NCBI RefSeq assembly: GCF_001194135.2
Contig: NC_068985.1
Coordinates: 17,863,824 to 17,927,823 of the forward strand
Direction: 5' to 3'
DNA from: Octopus bimaculoides
Taxonomy: Eukaryota
Length of the DNA stretch: 64,000 bases
Shown here: one piece after another, positions 61,720 to 64,000 of the stretch
How the letters are laid out: each line of letters opens with the position of its first letter
How positions within the stretch are numbered: position 1 is the stretch's first letter
Made by a program: the position numbers and the translations under genes
The notes under the pieces: model-generated
The model's input: only the letters and a program-made list of their open reading frames with translations
What the model was told of the DNA's origin: nothing
Databases searched by the model: none

Positions 61720-64000
61720 CGTATGTATGTATGTTTGTATGTGTGTGTTGTGTTTGCTTTATTGCTGTTTATTTGAGTGCATGCGTTTGTGCGTTAGAAA
61801 AAAATCTTTCTTTTTGAATGCTTAAATTTCACTTAGATGAAATCTAGATTCCCCGCTCTCGATATTCGATACTTATCCAAGAACCAAGAAAACGCTAATC
61901 CTATTTATGTATTCCTGACTTCGTAACTTCTATTGCAAGAAGATGAAAAAGTGTTGGGTTATGGTGCAATGGTTTTAGTGAGAAAGAAGAAATAAACATC
62001 AATGGAAATGCTGAAGATAGATTACAATCGCAAAATCTAGACTTTTATAAAAAATTTCTGATGATAATGCAATGAGAATAGACAACACCAATAAAATCTA
62101 AAAGAAAAGAGTCTACAAAAATCACAGAATAGACTTTGGACTTATTAATGCTATATCGCTTCTATTTTGAGGACCTATTAATTCTATGGAGAATTTTAGA
62201 ACTTGATAGCTAAAGGCTATTGCCCAAATTTTGTCTCAAGAGAATATTATGGACAGATTGAATAAAAACACTAAATATATGTGCTAAAGTCGCAACTTTA
62301 ACAGCATAATCTTGATGGTAGTTACTTCAATCTCTGTTCAATGTTGGTAACAAAGTCACTTGAGTGGATGATGAGAATGGTGAGAAAGTAGCGGTTTAGG
62401 GAGCGCTAAAAGGATACTAGATGGCGACGGAGCCGTACAGGAGGGAGGGCCGACTCTCTGTGGAAAACATCTATGTCAATGAAAAGTGGCCCTGGATAGT
62501 TGTTCTGGTGTCTTGGTGTGGAGCAGAAAACGACTTCTCAACCCGAACAGGCTACCATCGGTGAGATCACATACATGATAGCTAAACCGAAACGATCGGC
62601 CTTGTATTGGGCATCTGACAATGTATGTGCTTGAAGAACATAAACATTTAATCGATAACCAATTATCCTAGTTTCTGGAACTCGTCCTACATTAATAAAC
62701 CATCGTTGAATTCGGAATTTGATATCCAGCTCTATTCTGTGTTTTGAAATGCAGTTTTCACTATTGTCAAGAAGAATGTTGCTTGATATGCGAAAAATAT
62801 AAATTCAATCTTCATTAGAGCGAGCAGTAAGCTACCATACTGTCATAAAAGATTGCATCGTATTATTTATTATAACTGGCGTTCCTAACTTGAAAAGTTA
62901 TCTTTGAGGGAGAAAGTTTTTATCAGATCAGTAAACGACATACTAGTTTCTTTCTCAAGAAGTTATCTCGATCTGAGATACGCCGGATAAGCATTATTTA
63001 TAAGCTAGATATTAATTTGATCTAACCATATTAATAACGAAGAGAAGTGAAAAAAAAAAACAAACAAATAATTATTTTAATGCAACCCTTTATATACTTC
63101 TTGATCAAATGTAGTTTGATTGCATCTTTAACCCTATATAGGACCGATTCTCTTGACTATATCATGAAGATCAACTTCCGGCATCTGGGTAAGATCGTTG
63201 CTTCTATATGTATACTCTCGGCCAGATGTCAAGACAACCAACGGTTTCTTTATGGAAAGTTCTGTGTTTCACTCATGGTAACGCTAGCATACTGCACTAT
63301 GATGGAGGAGCTCCTCTCCAGAAACCAGTATTTGTGAAGTACTTACATTACAGAATCCAAAGCTCATCTCATATGACGGAGTCATTGTTATCGAACCAGC
63401 CTTGATGTTTGTACAAGCAACGAACAGGCAGGTATTTCTTCCTTCAACAATCTTCCACGCACTTTCCAGCCTATATCCCCGACATTATTTCCTTGCATGT
63501 GCTTACAAACAGGGCCTCCGTAACTTAGTAAGTACAGCTCATTGATATTTAGCCTTTTTACTCTCTATGCAAATTGACTGGAATTTTAAAATTCCCAAAG
63601 TACATTTCATATGATCAGCAGTACAATGCATGTAAATGGCGTCTAGAATACCTAAGAGTATCTTACACATAACCTATATGCTTATATGCATAGATACATA
63701 TATACGTACATGTGTGCATCACAAAAACTGTATGTGTGCATCACTAAAACTCGAGATCTAGCCAACCGATTTCATTCAAATTTTACACATGCCTTACTTA
63801 GGGTCCATGCCCCCCACCAAAAAAAAGAAACAGACTTCAACTTCTTGCCTAATGCGAGCCCGGAGCAATCTCTTATCTCTTACACTATTTCAGAATTACT
63901 TGTCGAAAGTGAAACAATAACATCTCTATTGTAATGTGAGATAATACTTTCAGTTTCAATGCACAAACTATTATCTCACATATATAGAAGCACCCCCCCC

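Noticed and set aside
8705-61825. Long ORFs rich in X or YI/CV/HT repeats
   Set aside because: They are artefacts of N gaps and (TA)n/(CA)n microsatellites.
63934-63981. 13-bp perfect inverted repeat
   Set aside because: Lies in what looks like a repeat running off the window edge; not interpretable alone.

Overview
AT-rich animal genomic DNA with several N gaps. The SINE/LINE families and microsatellite load suggest an octopus or other coleoid; this is inferred, not verified. Two housekeeping genes lie head-to-head. TADA3 is on the minus strand: 7 core coding exons were joined by hand with consistent splice phases from the ATG at 31816 down to 685, and the 3' end is off-window. PIGV is on the plus strand: 3 coding exons, 38481-51295, 495 aa, complete. 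The introns and the region right of PIGV hold tRNA-headed SINEs, decayed RTE-type LINE pieces, a complete but dead Merlin (IS1595-like) DNA transposon, a solo LTR, MITEs and a 33-bp minisatellite. I found no prokaryotic-type system, CRISPR array or RNA gene, and nothing I can claim as a new biological system. The best leads are: (1) a candidate 6-nt frame-preserving microexon in TADA3, plus 48-nt and 63-nt candidate cassette exons; (2) only 119 bp between the first TADA3 splice donor and the PIGV ATG, with a predicted spliced uORF whose stop overlaps the TADA3 ATG; (3) a perfect 88-bp foldback insertion 60 nt from a TADA3 exon, and a ~250-bp inverted pair around a LINE fragment; (4) the Merlin relic. 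Exon and TSD/TIR coordinates were counted base by base; boundaries of degraded repeats are approximate.
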